From Camelus ferus (lineage: Eukaryota), in assembly GCF_009834535.1 (NCBI RefSeq), contig NC_045696.1, forward strand, positions 12,464,001 to 12,528,000: a stretch of DNA of 64,000 nucleotides. The letters are read 5' to 3'. Shown one piece after another: positions 13,978-26,408 of this stretch (position 1 is the first letter of the stretch; each line of letters starts with the position of its first letter). The translations under genes were made by a program, and so were the position numbers. The notes beneath the pieces are model-generated. The model was not told the origin of the DNA and ran no database searches. It saw only the letters and a list, made by a program, of their open reading frames with translations.

Positions 13978-14470
13978 TTTCATTTATTTCACAAATATTA
14001 AATAAGAAACTACCATGTGCCAAACACTCTTCAAGGCACTGAAGGTACAGGGATAACAAAATAGATAAACTCCTGTTCTTAGAGAGTTTAGACTCCAGTC
14101 AGGTGGCCATAGATAATTAGTAAAAAATTAAAAAGTAAAATACGACATGGACATAAGAGCCAGGCAAACAAGCACAGCAAGGAGATAGCACAGAGAGTGA
14201 CTTAGTGGCCAATTTGAATTGGGTCTGGAATAGCCTTGTTGAGGAAGATTACATTTATGGAAGATCTGGAAAAAGAACCTACCAGGCAGACACAGCTTGT
14301 GCAAAGGCCCTGTGGTAAGAATTAGTTTAGCCCTGAGGAACTGAAGCAAGGCAGGTAGGGCTGAAGTAGAGAGAAGAAGGGAGAAGAGTATAAAATGAGG
14401 CTGAAGAAGCAAACAGAGACCAAATAATAAAGGCCCTTGTATGTCACACTAAGAATCTGTAATTTTATGC
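13978..14470 (-). mobile_element. L2 fragment
   Basis: 'cattt..acaaatatt..ctaccatgtgccaaacact' and 'cagcttgtgcaaaggccctgtggtaaga' are L2 motifs. Confidence 0.75.
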
Positions 14471-15266
14471 TTTTTTTTAACTGAAGACTCTTAAAGGTGT
14501 CAAATAATTACCCAATCTCTCACTGCCCCTATTTCACATTCCATAACAATTTACTGCTGGGCTTCTAATCAGCCAACCACTGACATAAGTTCTAGGACAT
14601 GCCACCTCTAGTTACAATATTTCTTTCTCCTCTACCAAGCCTCTGACCACTGCCATGTGAGAAGACGCAAAAGTCATTCCTCATGATCCAAAGAATCTGC
14701 TTTTTGTCACTCTAGCAACCTATCATGTGGCACTTTCTTATTCAATGCCTGGACAAAATAATATTTCTAAAAGTCTCCAATTAAAATTGTAAACTCTTCC
14801 TGGAAAAGGCAAAATAAAAAAAGCTTAACCAATGTTTAATACTCTGTTATTTGGAATTCTTGAGTGTCTTAAATATAAAAATAAGAGGAAGAATGAAACC
14901 ATGTGGTATCAAAATTAGAATCGGGATTTAAATTTTATAATATGACTGGTGCAATGAACACATTAAAATGAGTTTTGCTTGAAATATCGCTCAAGAATTT
15001 CAAATCCCTCATAAGTCTCTCTCTCAGCCACTTCCCTTTTAAAAATAAAATGTTCAAGTTTTCATAACTTGCAACCCTATATCCACAAAAACAAAAAAGT
15101 TTTTTGCTTGAACTTCTTACAAAAGGAATTTGCTGGCCTATTTTCTTATAATTACTGTGCACTCATCTCTTGATTAATAGCTTATATGTTGATACATAAT
15201 TCGTAGCTGGTTTTATACTTCTAAATCATTGCCTATTATAAATAAAAGATTTGTGTCAAGACTCAC

Positions 15267-15389
15267 CTTGGAATCCTATTTTGAATTGATTATTAGAAAA
15301 GTTAGGTTCACTGGTTAAATAGCGGTGACTCACAAGTAAACCTCCTTTAACTGTATATTTTGGATTGATCTTCTTTTTCCCTAACATTA
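15267..15389 (-). other. Candidate internal exon, 123 nt, phase 1-1, open (xMLGKKKINPKYTVKGGLLVSHRYLTSEPNFSNNQFKIGFQ)
   Basis: Acceptor 'tttttccaacaatatcattttacacag|', strong donor 'CAAG|GTGAGT', length divisible by 3, no stop, joins in frame to the 12414 acceptor. Confidence 0.45.
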
Positions 15390-15673
15390 CTGTGTAAAAT
15401 GATATTGTTGGAAAAACAAGTTTTTATTCGGTCAGTGATCCTATAAACACTGTCCTATAACTCATCTTTGTACTTGCATGAGAACACGGCCTTCAAGTGG
15501 GTACTTCTACTTTTTGACTGTATGTTGGTACACATCTCACTCAAAGCTAGTGACCATTTTTAACGCATCAGTATAACAGTGGGAAATTAGACTTCAGTGC
15601 TTAAAATTTCTGTGCTTAAGTTTATACATAATAATAAACTAGCTTTCTGAAGGGATATTCCACGTACACTGGT

Positions 15674-16062
15674 TGTTATAAGCTGAAAAATTTGTGTAAA
15701 GTCCTAGCTCCTAGGATCTCAGAACGTGACTGATTTTAGACATAGTGACTTTACAGAGGTAATTGTGTTAAAACGAAGTCGTTAAGGTGGGCCCTGGTCC
15801 AATGCGACTGATATCTTTATGGGAGGAAATTTGGACGTAGACACATACAGAGGGAAAACAATGTGAAGACAGCCTTCTATAAGCCAAGAAAGAGAAGCCT
15901 GGAGCAGATCTTTTTCCCTCAGCCCTCACAAAGAACCAGCCTTGTCAACACCTTGATTTCAGATTCCTAGCCTCCAATACTTCCAGTGAGAAAATGCATT
16001 TCTGTTACTGAAGCCACCCAGTCCATGGTACCTGACTCTGGCAGTCTTAGCAAACCAATGCA
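15674..16062 (+). mobile_element. MaLR solo LTR (MLT1B/C-like)
   Basis: 'ctcagaacgtgact..ttt..tagtgactttacagaggtaatt', 'aagccaagaaagagaagcctgg', ending 'gcagtcttagcaaaccaatgca'. Confidence 0.85.
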
Positions 16063-17245
16063 CCAGTTTCAGGTAAGTCTGTGAAGACTAAAGGTAGCTC
16101 ATATAATTGTATGTATTATGAGAAGCCATTTTCTGACTACATTATCTTTAAAAGCCCATGAAGCAATTACCATAGATGGCATAAAAAGGTTGAAACAACA
16201 AATCAAAAGCAAAGTAAGTTTACTACCACTTTGTAAATTGACTTCACTATCACCAAATCACATGATACTGTAACAGCTGATTTGGGGGAAACATTCATTT
16301 TACTACCCATTAGGATTTCTCCGGATGATACTGACATAAACTAGAGAAAGAGCTCCCACTCTTTCCTACCCATTGGCTGCCCTTAAAAATCTTCTTTCTT
16401 TCCCTACTCTTTTATTATGCTTTATCTCAGAGTCCTTTAACACACTGTATGGACAGACTGTCTTCACTGCAAAAGGGCTGAATAGGAGAACTATTGATTC
16501 AGTGCCTTCCTTTCTTCCCCACTGTCAACAATAATTAATGTTCCTATTAAAGTAATATGGTTTTAATTCTGGTTTGGGTTGCTAAGGACCGAGGATAACA
16601 CGCAAATCAATAGAACATTAAGGAACTATGATTCCCACAAACCATAATCTGAGATAAACACCATATGTCTCAGTAAATCTAAGGAAATGTCTCTTAAAAT
16701 TCTAATGCCAACTTCCAGTGCCAAGCAAATGCCAGCAGTTTCAGACACATGAGCAAGGCAAAGCTAGGAGTCTGTGAAACTCAGAAAATGTTATGGTCTT
16801 ATCAGCAAACTATTTTAATTTATGTTTGTTAACTTTAGTAATTAAAATGTATGATCCTTCTTCCAAAAGGGAACAAACAATTACAAGTGTTCATTTTTAG
16901 TCTCTGTAAAACCAAAGAAAAAGTTACATTAGGATTTTATCCAGGATTTTAAAGAAAGTATGTTAAAGTAAACTACAGGAATTCTGAAATCCACGGTGAG
17001 GTAGCCTCTTCTGTTCAGTAAAATATCCCATCATCTTACCCATAAAATTTGCTGTTTGGCACAGTTCTAAATCACTTCTCTCTGTAAGACATAAGAAGTC
17101 ATATTCTTCCACTTCTGTCTAAAATAACAGATAAGAAAGCACGGATACTAAACACATATGTGAGGTGGTGCTGATATCCAAGGGGTACACCAGTCTAGTA
17201 AAAGAGGGGTGGCCACAGTGATTTCTTGGCAGTGACCATACTCAC

Positions 17246-17353
17246 AGACATGTATCTGATGCCATCACCAGTCCAAGACAATGGTCTGTTTTGTAGTAAA
17301 CTCCCAAGAAGTGACTATGATTATTTGGGATCTTGAGACTCCAAAGAAGGACT
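17246..17353 (-). other. Candidate internal exon, 108 nt
   Basis: Acceptor 'tccccagctctttctag|', donor 'tct|GTGAGT'; one TGA in the phase 1-1 frame, open in the phase 2-2 frame. Confidence 0.3.
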
Positions 17354-18329
17354 CTAGAAAGAGCTGGGGATACTACCAATTTCTGAAGCCAATGGGCGAG
17401 AGCCCCATGAGGACTGGGAACACCAGGAACCCAAGGCAGAAAGTCAGATATACCAACTGAATGAGCAAGATGGTATGGGCTGTCTGCACTGGGGCCCTCA
17501 CACTGACTCATGATTCACTGCGAATACACCAAGTGCCAGAGAGGCCAACTATGGACCACACACCAGGGGATGTATGGGCTTCTCCTGTACAAGCAGGATG
17601 AACCCACAGGTGCCAGGGATCAGCAGACCTGGGGAGGAAAGTCGTGGTCTAAATTTTTGTCTGGTAGGGGAATAGATAGATTTGTATTTACCGTAGTTTA
17701 GTTTATTAATTAAAATGGGCCTTAGCCTTTTAAAAAGCCACTTGCTAAGCCATGCAGCCAACTTACTAAAATCAAATGAAAAAGAGTGACATCTCCACTG
17801 AGCTCTGGCCATGCATCAGTAAAAAAAAATAGGAAGAAAGATTAGACTCAAAAACAAAAAGGTAACTTTTTTACAAAGATGTCTTGTCTCAAGAATAAGG
17901 TTTATTTCAGGAAAAGGATTATTCCAGAATCTTTCATAAAGAAAAAGTTGTTTATTCCTAAAGAGAGTGGTTCTTAACAGATACTTGTGGAACTCATATC
18001 AAAATAAGCCCAGCAATAAAAACATACTTTTGGAAGATTTTTTAAAATATTATAACATGTAGGAACCCTAAATATATTCCAGTCCAATCCATTTGTTTTG
18101 CTTATGAGAAAACTGAAGTTCAAAGAGATTCTTTCTATTACTTTGTCAAATAAATATCATTATACCATGGTTATTAAACTTTAAGAAGACTGAAAATATT
18201 ACATAAACTTTAAAGCACTGTACAAATACAGGGTATTATTATTATTACTATTTATAATTAGAAATAAAATTAAACAGCTTGAGAGTAGTCAAACTGAAAA
18301 AGCAACATGAAAGAATATTTAAGAATTTT

Positions 18330-19590
18330 CCACATCCAGCCAAGACAGAATAGTAGGGACCAATTTATCCTCCTACCTAAAACAATTTTACATACATAAA
18401 ACAATACATAAAACACATAAAACAACAGAAAAATACATAAAACAACAGTTTTTAAGAACTGGCTATCAGGCAATGAGAGATGAAAAATGAAATACAGCTG
18501 CCCCAGCTCCCCACCTTGAGAGATTGTTCTAGATCATGCCGCAGTGAGAAGGAACATAAGCAGAGACCAGCAGACTTCCTGAGTTGAGCACACAGAGATA
18601 AGAATCTGAGGAGACCAAGCAGCTAATTCATAATGACAAAGTGCGGGATGCAATTAACAGCAAATTAGATATTACAAGTGCAAAGATTAGTAAAGTTAAA
18701 AGCCATACCAATAGAAAGCATCAGCATGGAAGAGAAAAGAATCTCCCCAAAGTTAAAAAAGAACAGAGCATCAGTGAGCTGAGGGAAAACTTCAAGCAGC
18801 CTCATCCATGTGAAATTGGAAACCCAGAAAGAAAAGAGAGGGACAGGAAGATAGACAAAAATATTTAAAGTGCTAATGGCCAAGATTTTTTTCCATATTT
18901 GATGAAATCGATAAGCTGGTAGATCCAGAAAACTAAACAAACCTCATGCAAAAGAAACATGAAAAAACCTACACCAAATCATGTTATAACCACATTGCTC
19001 AAAACCAGTGATATCCAAAAAAATTTTGAAAAGAAATCAGAGGAAAAAAATATTACATATACAGGAACCAAAGTAAATATAATAGCAGATTTCTCTACAG
19101 AAATGAGAAGAGTGAACCAGAACATCTTCACAGTACTGAAAAAAAAAAGTCAACCTACACTTTCATATCTATCAAAAATATCTTTCAAAAATGACGACTA
19201 AATAAAGATGTGTTCAGACATGGAAAAGATAAATAATTCATAGGTAGCAGATCCACACAAAAAGAAATGGCTTCAGATAGACAGAAAATACCAGATGGAA
19301 ATATGAACTTACACAGAGGAATGGAGAGCACTGGAAGGGGAACTACACGTATCGTGTGATTTCATGTGTACAACATTCTAAGACAGGCAGAATTAACCTA
19401 CAATGACAGAAATTCGAGCAGCAATTGCTTGGGGCTGAGGGTGTAGGTGATGGACTGTTGAGGAGCACAAAGAGAATTTCCGGGGCTATGGAAGTGTTAC
19501 ATATGTTGGTGAGGATGGTGCTTACACAAGTATGTGAAAAAATGTGCGCATTTTATAGCATGTAAATTATACTTTGATAAAGTTCATTTT
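18330..19590 (+). mobile_element. Ancient L1 remnant (degenerate ORF1 region joined to a 3' UTR piece)
   Basis: ORFs 18641-18868 and 18959-19201 carry L1 ORF1p-like text (EQSISELRENFKQP; KKPTPNHVITTLLKT; IIADFSTE; KISFKN); 19350-19590 resembles an L1ME 3' end. Confidence 0.85.
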
Positions 19591-20284
19591 AAAGAAAGTA
19601 AAAATGTGCTTTGAACAAAGTATTTACAGCAGTAACTCTTACCCATGCTCCAACAAATACAGCTTCCCCAAGTTTTAGTGTCCTGATGTATAAAATGAAG
19701 CATCAGTGATTTGCAATCTCTCCATTTGAACAGTTTCAAACAGTTTCAAATGCTAAAATTAACTTAATTCAGGTATAAGTCATAAACTTCTGTACCTAGA
19801 ATTATCTGTGTACCTAGACGTATATATAAACACACACATATATATATACACATATGTATACAAAGAATATAAGAAGCTGCCTTTTTATCTGACATGCTAA
19901 CTTAAGTATTTACATTTTAAAATACAAACCAAGTTTTTATTTCATAATTTGAAGGCTGACATGGTGTTAATTGATCTCACAACCATTGTGAGTTAAGAAT
20001 TGCTTACTGATACTCCGTTATTATTAATAAGACCAATTTGGGGCCCTTTAGTGTTCTTATGAGACCGATGAGATCACAGTCTGCAGAGCAACCTTCCTGA
20101 ACAGTCCTGCTGCTTAGAAGAAGTGAGTATCATATAACACCACTGACTTTTTCAGAATCACAGGAAACATTTAGCACACTCCACCCTGGTACTTCGATGT
20201 TACGTGTGTTCACCACCATCACTAGTCTACTGAGTGTGCACTATTCATAGGACACCAGAATGAAATAAATCCTAGAACATCAAA

Positions 20285-20457
20285 GCAGTGATTCCCAGAC
20301 TTGCCTGTTTATTAAGACTCTCTCACCCCCTCCCACAACAGACCAAGTGAGTGGAACTCTCTGGAATGAAGGCCTGGGATCTGTGTATTTAAACACAGCC
20401 TTCCCTCACCGCACCCACACGCAGTGACTTTAAAGATCAGGCAAGTCTGGGAAACAG
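20285..20457. mobile_element. hAT-Charlie MER5-like element
   Basis: 'cagtgattcccagacttgcctg' ... 'caggcaagtctgggaaacag' form terminal inverted repeats. Confidence 0.7.
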
Positions 20458-21249
20458 AGGCAAATCATGAGGGATCACAGAATTTACCTGAGTCTCGAGG
20501 GATCACTCCTCAGAGACATTTGGCACATTTAGTGTGCTCAGATTTGGATTGTCCCTTTCTCTCAGTTCTCACTAGTAATTAGAGAGGAGAAGTTGGGTGG
20601 TAAAATTGTAATCAGACAGCCAGATTCTGGGGACAAGTGTGAGTGTCACCATAGTGCCATCTTGTGTTATAAGTAAGTGTACATGGGTCCACTATTGTCA
20701 AGTGACCACCTCCACATTGAACAGATATTTCAACCTGGGTCCTGAAAATCAAAATAAATCATGGGCATTTCTCACTCAAAATATCCATAATGTGAATTTC
20801 CAGAGCAAGGGTCCTAATGTAAGCAAACGTGCTGGTGGATATCAGGTGCGTACCTGATACCCAGGTACTAGAGCTATGCAGAGCAGCTACGAAAGTCACC
20901 TGCAGGTCGGGTGTTGGGTCCAGGAGGCAGCTCATTTAAAACCTTCTTAAAGAGTTAAAAACAAGTCTCAAACCTAATCCAGGAATAACTGTAGCTGTCA
21001 TCTCTAATTTGAGGGGCAGGCAATAATCTCATTTTCCAGCCCTCCTGTCAGTTAAAGGTTGTTCATCTTTCTGTAAATCAATGACCTACCAATACCCAGA
21101 TTTCCTGAGAGGCTGGAAGGCATATGAGTGAGCAGACAAACCAAGCAAGGCAGGAGTCAAAAGACAAACTTAGTCCACTAGTCCAGTGAGAATCAACACA
21201 GCTTAGTCTCCCCAAAATCACCCGTTCTCAGTTTTCTATGTCAGTTTAC

Positions 21250-21364
21250 CAGTGAATAAGGAAACAGGAAGTCACTAGAAAGTAATGAATCTCTCCAAAG
21301 AAAATACGTGTGCCACTCTGACCAGTGTCAGTGGGGTCAGAGCACAGAAGGAGTTTTAAATACT
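21250..21364 (-). other. Candidate exon, 115 nt
   Basis: Acceptor 'tttttcctacattggtttcag|', donor 'CTG|GTAAAC'; one open frame (YLKLLLCSDP...FLIH), the other two have stops. Confidence 0.25.
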
Positions 21365-23215
21365 CTGAAACCAATGTAGGAAAAATTTGACCACAATCCA
21401 AGCTCTCCTCTTCCTGGTTTACAGATGGATGTTTCAGAGGGGCCACCTGGTCCAGTCCCAGGAAAACTTCAAAAACATCATACCAGGAAATGTAGACAAT
21501 ATCCAAAGTATTATCTGTGGAATCAGCTGAGGCTTTTTTTTTTTTATTGTAAAAGTTCTGGAATTTTTTTAGTAAATGTGTTAGTAACATTTTTAAAATA
21601 TCTAAAACTGTTGAATTTTTCCTACTTCTGTAATTGTTAGTTAGTCAGTCAAAATTCTCTAATTCAATAATTTCCAAACCTAGCTGATTGCCAGATCTTT
21701 AAAAAAATACACATTCCAAGCTCCACCCTAATTTAGTGGTCTGGGGTGAGATCCAGGAATATGTGCAATAAAAATTCTTTTACTTGACAAAATTATAGCT
21801 GGCACTCGATTTGTTCAACACAAAAGTTGCAGAAATCAAAGAATCAGAAAAGATATGCCATGCGTACATCTTTAAGGTATAACAGTTTATATGAAACTAA
21901 AATATATAAACATATCCATTTGCCACACTTGTTACATAAATTTTTTTTCTCACATAGGTTTCCTTTTTGAAGAGTAAAGCCATCTCTCTTGCATATTTCA
22001 CACCCACAAGGCAAGGTGTACAATTTCTGGTTTTAGTTTCTTTGAAAGAGAGCAAGGATTCAGAGGCATTTGGAAAGAAATCTGAATGAGAAAGCCCTTA
22101 GACTGTTACAGTTTTTTCAATCACAGTTTCCTTGTCCACATACAATAATAAACAAACATTATCACTCTTTGAAGTCACACTATCAGTTTACATCATTTAC
22201 ACTGTGTCATTAGTAGGCTCTGGAAAGCATGTACATCAAATGGCACGTGCAGAAAGCTATGGAATACTTGAGAATGGACTGCAAGCTGAGAGCAGTCAGC
22301 TTGCTGTGGTCACTAGTCAAGATGTTTTACTGAAGTAAAAGAGAAAGTTTGTTAAACCAGAGTGAGGTGAATAAAGATTTATTAACAGACCCTACAATAT
22401 TTCTTTAGAGCTCTACACACAAGTGATTAGGACCTTTATCTAAGCTTGGGAAATGTTACCCTAAACCAAGGTGCTCTCAAACCTGAATGTACATTCACAT
22501 CCCCTGAGAATTTTTTTAAAAATGTAGGTTCTGGCTCTGTATGTCTGGGCTGGAGCCCAAGAATCTGAGTAGAAAAGCTCTAAAAGTGAGATTTTTATTA
22601 TATCACATGAAGTTCTCAATAAATAGCAAAAAAAAAAAATAGATTTGGACTGGCAGTAAAATTGTAGTTGAAAGTGGATATCCCTACATTCTAATCTAAT
22701 TTTTTAATCTTGTTAATAATATTAAATAACCTCTTTTAAACAGAATAGCTCATGAGCCAATCATTGTCAGTTACAGCGTAAAGATCTTTCGTTCTTTTCC
22801 CCCCAACTCTTGTGTGAACTCAAGTTTCTGTTCAGTAGAAGGAAGTTTTAGGGAGCAGTGGCAAAATTTATTTTCATTTTCTAGTGATGTCAACATAAGC
22901 AACTACTTCTCTTTTCCTGTCCCCATGGTGAAATAGAAATTGAACTCTCTGCTCTTGCAAGTTTGGGCTTACAGAGAAAGAAACTGTATTTATACAAAAC
23001 TTCATCAGGATACCGTCTTCTAACTCTCTCCCAATACTTGCTGTACAGTTTGGGTTTAGCTAATATAAAGCCAAAATCAGTGATTCCTTGGCAGTAAATC
23101 TCCCCTTGATGAATCATCCTAGGAAAGACAGTAGCAGAGTTTCACAGTGGGATGAGGGGGAAAAGTAGAAGCAGTTTTTTTCTGGCTGCAGGTCATTTAT
23201 TTCAATTGTCAGTAC

Positions 23216-23415
23216 CTTACAGAAGAACTCTTTAGTCAGAGTCCCGTTTCCTCCCTTTGAATGTCTCTGATGATGGTTGACACGTGATTGGGCCACTTCT
23301 GGCCCTCCGTGGCACTGCTCTAACACCCAACCAAACTCTCATCAGACACGCCGACACACTGGATGGGGTTACGGGGACTGGCATCTCCGTAGAAGGAGCA
23401 CTTGCTCCGTGTGGT
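23216..23415 (-). other. Candidate exon, 200 nt, CpG-enriched
   Basis: Long polypyrimidine acceptor 'ctctccctccctcacgcacgttccggcttgtttcctctcag|', donor 'AAG|GTACTG'; every frame has at least one stop. Confidence 0.3.
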
Positions 23416-24599
23416 CTGAGAGGAAACAAGCCGGAACGTGCGTGAGGGAGGGAGAGGCTAGTCTCTAAGAGGTTAGGAACGAAGCCCTTCATCATCAGTA
23501 AGCTTCCTGGCAGCGGGATGTGGTGTGTGTAACTGCAGAGCAGGTGAGCATAGCCAGGCTCTCCTTACAAGCCAGGTAGCTAGATGATCCATCTTTAAAG
23601 AAACACAATTTACTGTGGAAAATCCATATCCAAGACTTTATACTCCTCCTTGGGTGGAAGGTGTTACTCCAAAAGCACACAGAGCAACTCTTTTCAAGGA
23701 ACAGATGAAACGGAACAGGAAGGCTGCAAAAATGGGCTGGTTATGGTTAAATGCAGCAGGACAGTTGTACCCACATTCCTGTGTGTTTAAAAATTTCCAC
23801 GCATGAGAACTGTGAGGTTTTTTCTATCCAGAGATAAAGATTCTGCTTGCATTGGATCCTGCTGCTGAATCAGCAGTCCAGCTTTTAAATTTCGACTGCA
23901 CTATAATACGTAATAAAAGCTTCTTTGTGATCTCTTAACTGTGTCATTATCAGAACAGGGCTGTAATCTTTTAGAAGCCAGGCACCTTGTTGAGAATATG
24001 ATGGCATCCCTGGGCCATTTTCACAGGACACAAAAACAATCCTCTGCATACAACTTCCAATACAACTTCCAGAGGTTCATATGATGCCCTAAAGATTTTT
24101 TTTCCTGTATATGGCTACCAAGTTACTCATTCCCATTCTAATATGGTATGAATATTCCCTGAGCCTTTCCATAGAAAGGGATGTATACATATGCTCTGGA
24201 TAAGAAGTCCAGCAACTTCTATTCCACTCAGAGAACGGTCTGGAGTCAGCCCTCAACTCCAGGAAAGCGCTGGGGAGGTAACTGTGAAGTTCTGATAGCC
24301 TCCAGTTTCCTGTACTGGGGCCAGTGGAATGGGCTTCAGTTATCTAAGAAGTTTCATTTGGTGCCAAGGACAGTACCCATTGAATTGTTCAGTGTTTCCA
24401 CGTTCAGGAACTCCTTCTCTATGACCGCCTGTGGCGTCACTGCCATTCTGAATCATGCAAATGAGGATGTCATATCCTCTGACTCAGAATGCTTTATTTC
24501 ATTGAAAATTATTTTGAGAACTGCAAGCAGAGAGTTGGTCTTTGCTTGGATCTGACTTCCAAAATACATCACTTATCCTGTGCTCACAGGGATCCACCT

Positions 24600-24835
24600 G
24601 ATGCGGAGAAACTGGGAACTGTTCCGGTGGGGGCGGGGTGTGGGGATCCTCTGGATCAGAGTTTAGAAGCACAAGTATTTGCCGGCGGGGGCGGGGAAGA
24701 GCTCCTGTGCTGAGAGGCTGGGATCTACAGTCCTTGCCAAATTTGGTGCTGCTGCTAATAGTACATTTCCATGTATGTACTTTTCTCCCTATTTTCCCCA
24801 AGGAAAGGGCGAGTCAGGATATGCACGCATAGCAT
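24600..24835. promoter_or_regulatory. Small GC-rich, promoter/enhancer-like patch with two GC boxes
   Basis: GGGGCGGGG at about 24630-24638 and 24688-24696, with clustered CpGs in a CpG-poor window. Confidence 0.4.
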
Positions 24836-25029
24836 GCAGGACCGAAATAGCTTTGTTTAAGTAGTTCAGTAGCTATTCAGTGAAATGACTTGGCTTTGTC
24901 CATTTAGAACACCAGTATCTGTTCTGCAGTGGCCAGGCAGTGGCCCCCGGGTCAACTCTCTTTGTTCTCTTGTACTGTGTGCTGAAACCCTAGGCAGTAA
25001 GCATAGTGATTATGAAAGAAAGACAATAA

Positions 25030-25260
25030 AAATAAGATTTGAATCCCAAGGGGCCAGTTGTGTGACTAGCCAGCTATGTGACCTTAGGTGATACACTGAA
25101 CCTTTCTGAGCCTCAATTTTCTCAGCTACAAAGTGATGTGATAATGGTACTTATCTCAGAATTATTGTGAGGATTAAGTTAGTTAATACAGTGCACGTAA
25201 AGTTCCTAAATCAGTGTGTGGCATTTCTTAAGTACTGAGTGATGGTCAGCTGTTATGATT
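25030..25260 (+). mobile_element. MIR
   Basis: 'gctatgtgaccttaggtgatacactgaacctttctgagcctcaattttctc' and 'attgtgaggattaagttagttaata'. Confidence 0.85.
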
Positions 25261-25740
25261 ACATAAGTTATCCCTGAAGCATTTCTTTAACTCAGAGTTA
25301 AAGCCAGAAGAAATGTGTATTGGCTTTAGTTTGCAGAACAAAAGACCATATAGCATAGACTTTGGAGTCTGGTAGGTCATCATACTGGAAAATGCTGGAG
25401 TCAAGTCAGCCAAGTTGAAAAGTCCTCTCTTAGCTCAGTGACCTTGAGAGCAAGGCCCTCAACCAATAAGTAATCGCAACAGATTCTTCCTCTTGGGCTT
25501 TTCATGACACTTAGACAAAACAAAGCAGGTAAAGCACTTAGCCCATGAGGCGTAAGTGTGCAATTCATGTTGACCATCGTTATTGCTAAAAAGTAACACA
25601 AGCACAAATGGAGTCAAACTATAGAATATAGGCAGTAGACATCCATTCATTTTAAAACTATTGATATTGTATTTCCTCTGTGCCAAGTGTGATTCTTCAC
25701 ACTTTACTAAAAAAGAACTCACTTACTTAGGAGTTAGGAG

Positions 25741-25893
25741 GGAGGAGGGTATAGCTCCATGGTAAAGCATGTGCCTAGCATGCATAAGGTCCTGGGTTCA
25801 ATCCCTGGTACCTCCATCAAATACTTGATAAATTAATTAATTAATTAACAAACAAACCTAATTACTCCCCCCCCAAAAAAATTTTAAAAAATA
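25741..25893 (+). mobile_element. tRNA-derived SINE (Vic-1-like)
   Basis: 'ggagggtatagctccatggtaaagcatgtgcctagcatgcataaggtcctgggttcaatccctggtacctcc' plus tail with 'aacctaattactcccccccc'; 'taggag' on both flanks. Confidence 0.9.
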
Positions 25894-25951
25894 AGAAACC
25901 TAGGAGGACTATACTAACAACTCCAGGCGGCAGGTACCATTACCTCACCCT

Positions 25952-26104
25952 GTTTTATTTTATTTTTTTAACTTTTCTTTAAATTTATTTTGGGGGGGAG
26001 GTAATTAGGTTTTGTTTTTATTTACGTATTTTTAATAGAGGTACTGGGGAAAAAGCCCATGACCTTGTGCATGCTAAGTGTACCACTGAGCTATCTCGTC
26101 CCCC
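25952..26104 (-). mobile_element. tRNA-derived SINE (Vic-1-like) inserted in a MIR fragment
   Basis: 'ggggaggtaattaggttt...gaggtactgggga...gaccttgtgcatgctaag..taccactgagctat'; degenerate flanking repeat 'ccct(g/a)tttta'. Confidence 0.85.
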
Positions 26105-26229
26105 TTGCCCTATTTTAAATATGAGGAAACAGAGGCCATGCCATTACCCATTGCAGACTCACAATTCAATCCCCGGTTCCCAAAATAATGCTCTTCCAGT
26201 GCCGTCCAATAGTACTGTCCACAACAATG

Positions 26230-26408
26230 GAGCTGGTCTCTCTGAGGTGTCCAGTACTGGTACCACTGAGCACATGTGGCAGTTGAAGCCTTGATGTGGT
26301 GAATGTGCCTGAGATACAGAATGGTTTTATTTTGTGTAATTTTAATTAATCTAAGTTAATGTTAAACAGCCACCAGTGGCTGATGGTTGCCATATTGGAC
26401 AGCACAGC
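26230..26408. mobile_element. hAT-Charlie MER3-like element
   Basis: 'ttttattttgtgtaattttaattaat...aacagccaccagtggctgatggttgccatattggacagcacag'. Confidence 0.7.

Noticed and set aside
18385..18450. Short imperfect repeats (also near 1290, 19729, 24047, 31825) as an array or CRISPR-like structure
   Set aside because: Only 2-3 slippage-type copies with no unique spacers, in eukaryotic DNA.
17246..21364. Faint GRAM-domain-like pattern in the joined exon candidates
   Set aside because: Requires reading through several stops and an insertion; not distinguishable from chance.
1909..23495. Apparent collinear resemblance of several minus-strand ORFs to GREB1/GREB1L (e.g. GTLTK, FIIIGPP, SKMEF, SAAVTP, LCVTVEEISS)
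   Set aside because: Compared from memory only. Rough hand scoring was at chance level and needed many gaps; core motifs (GKT, HHCEQC) are absent; matches ignore the splice-defined exon borders; equally good matches occur on the plus strand (ORFs at 20639 and 24181). A TBLASTN or HMMER search with significant collinear hits would be needed to revive it.
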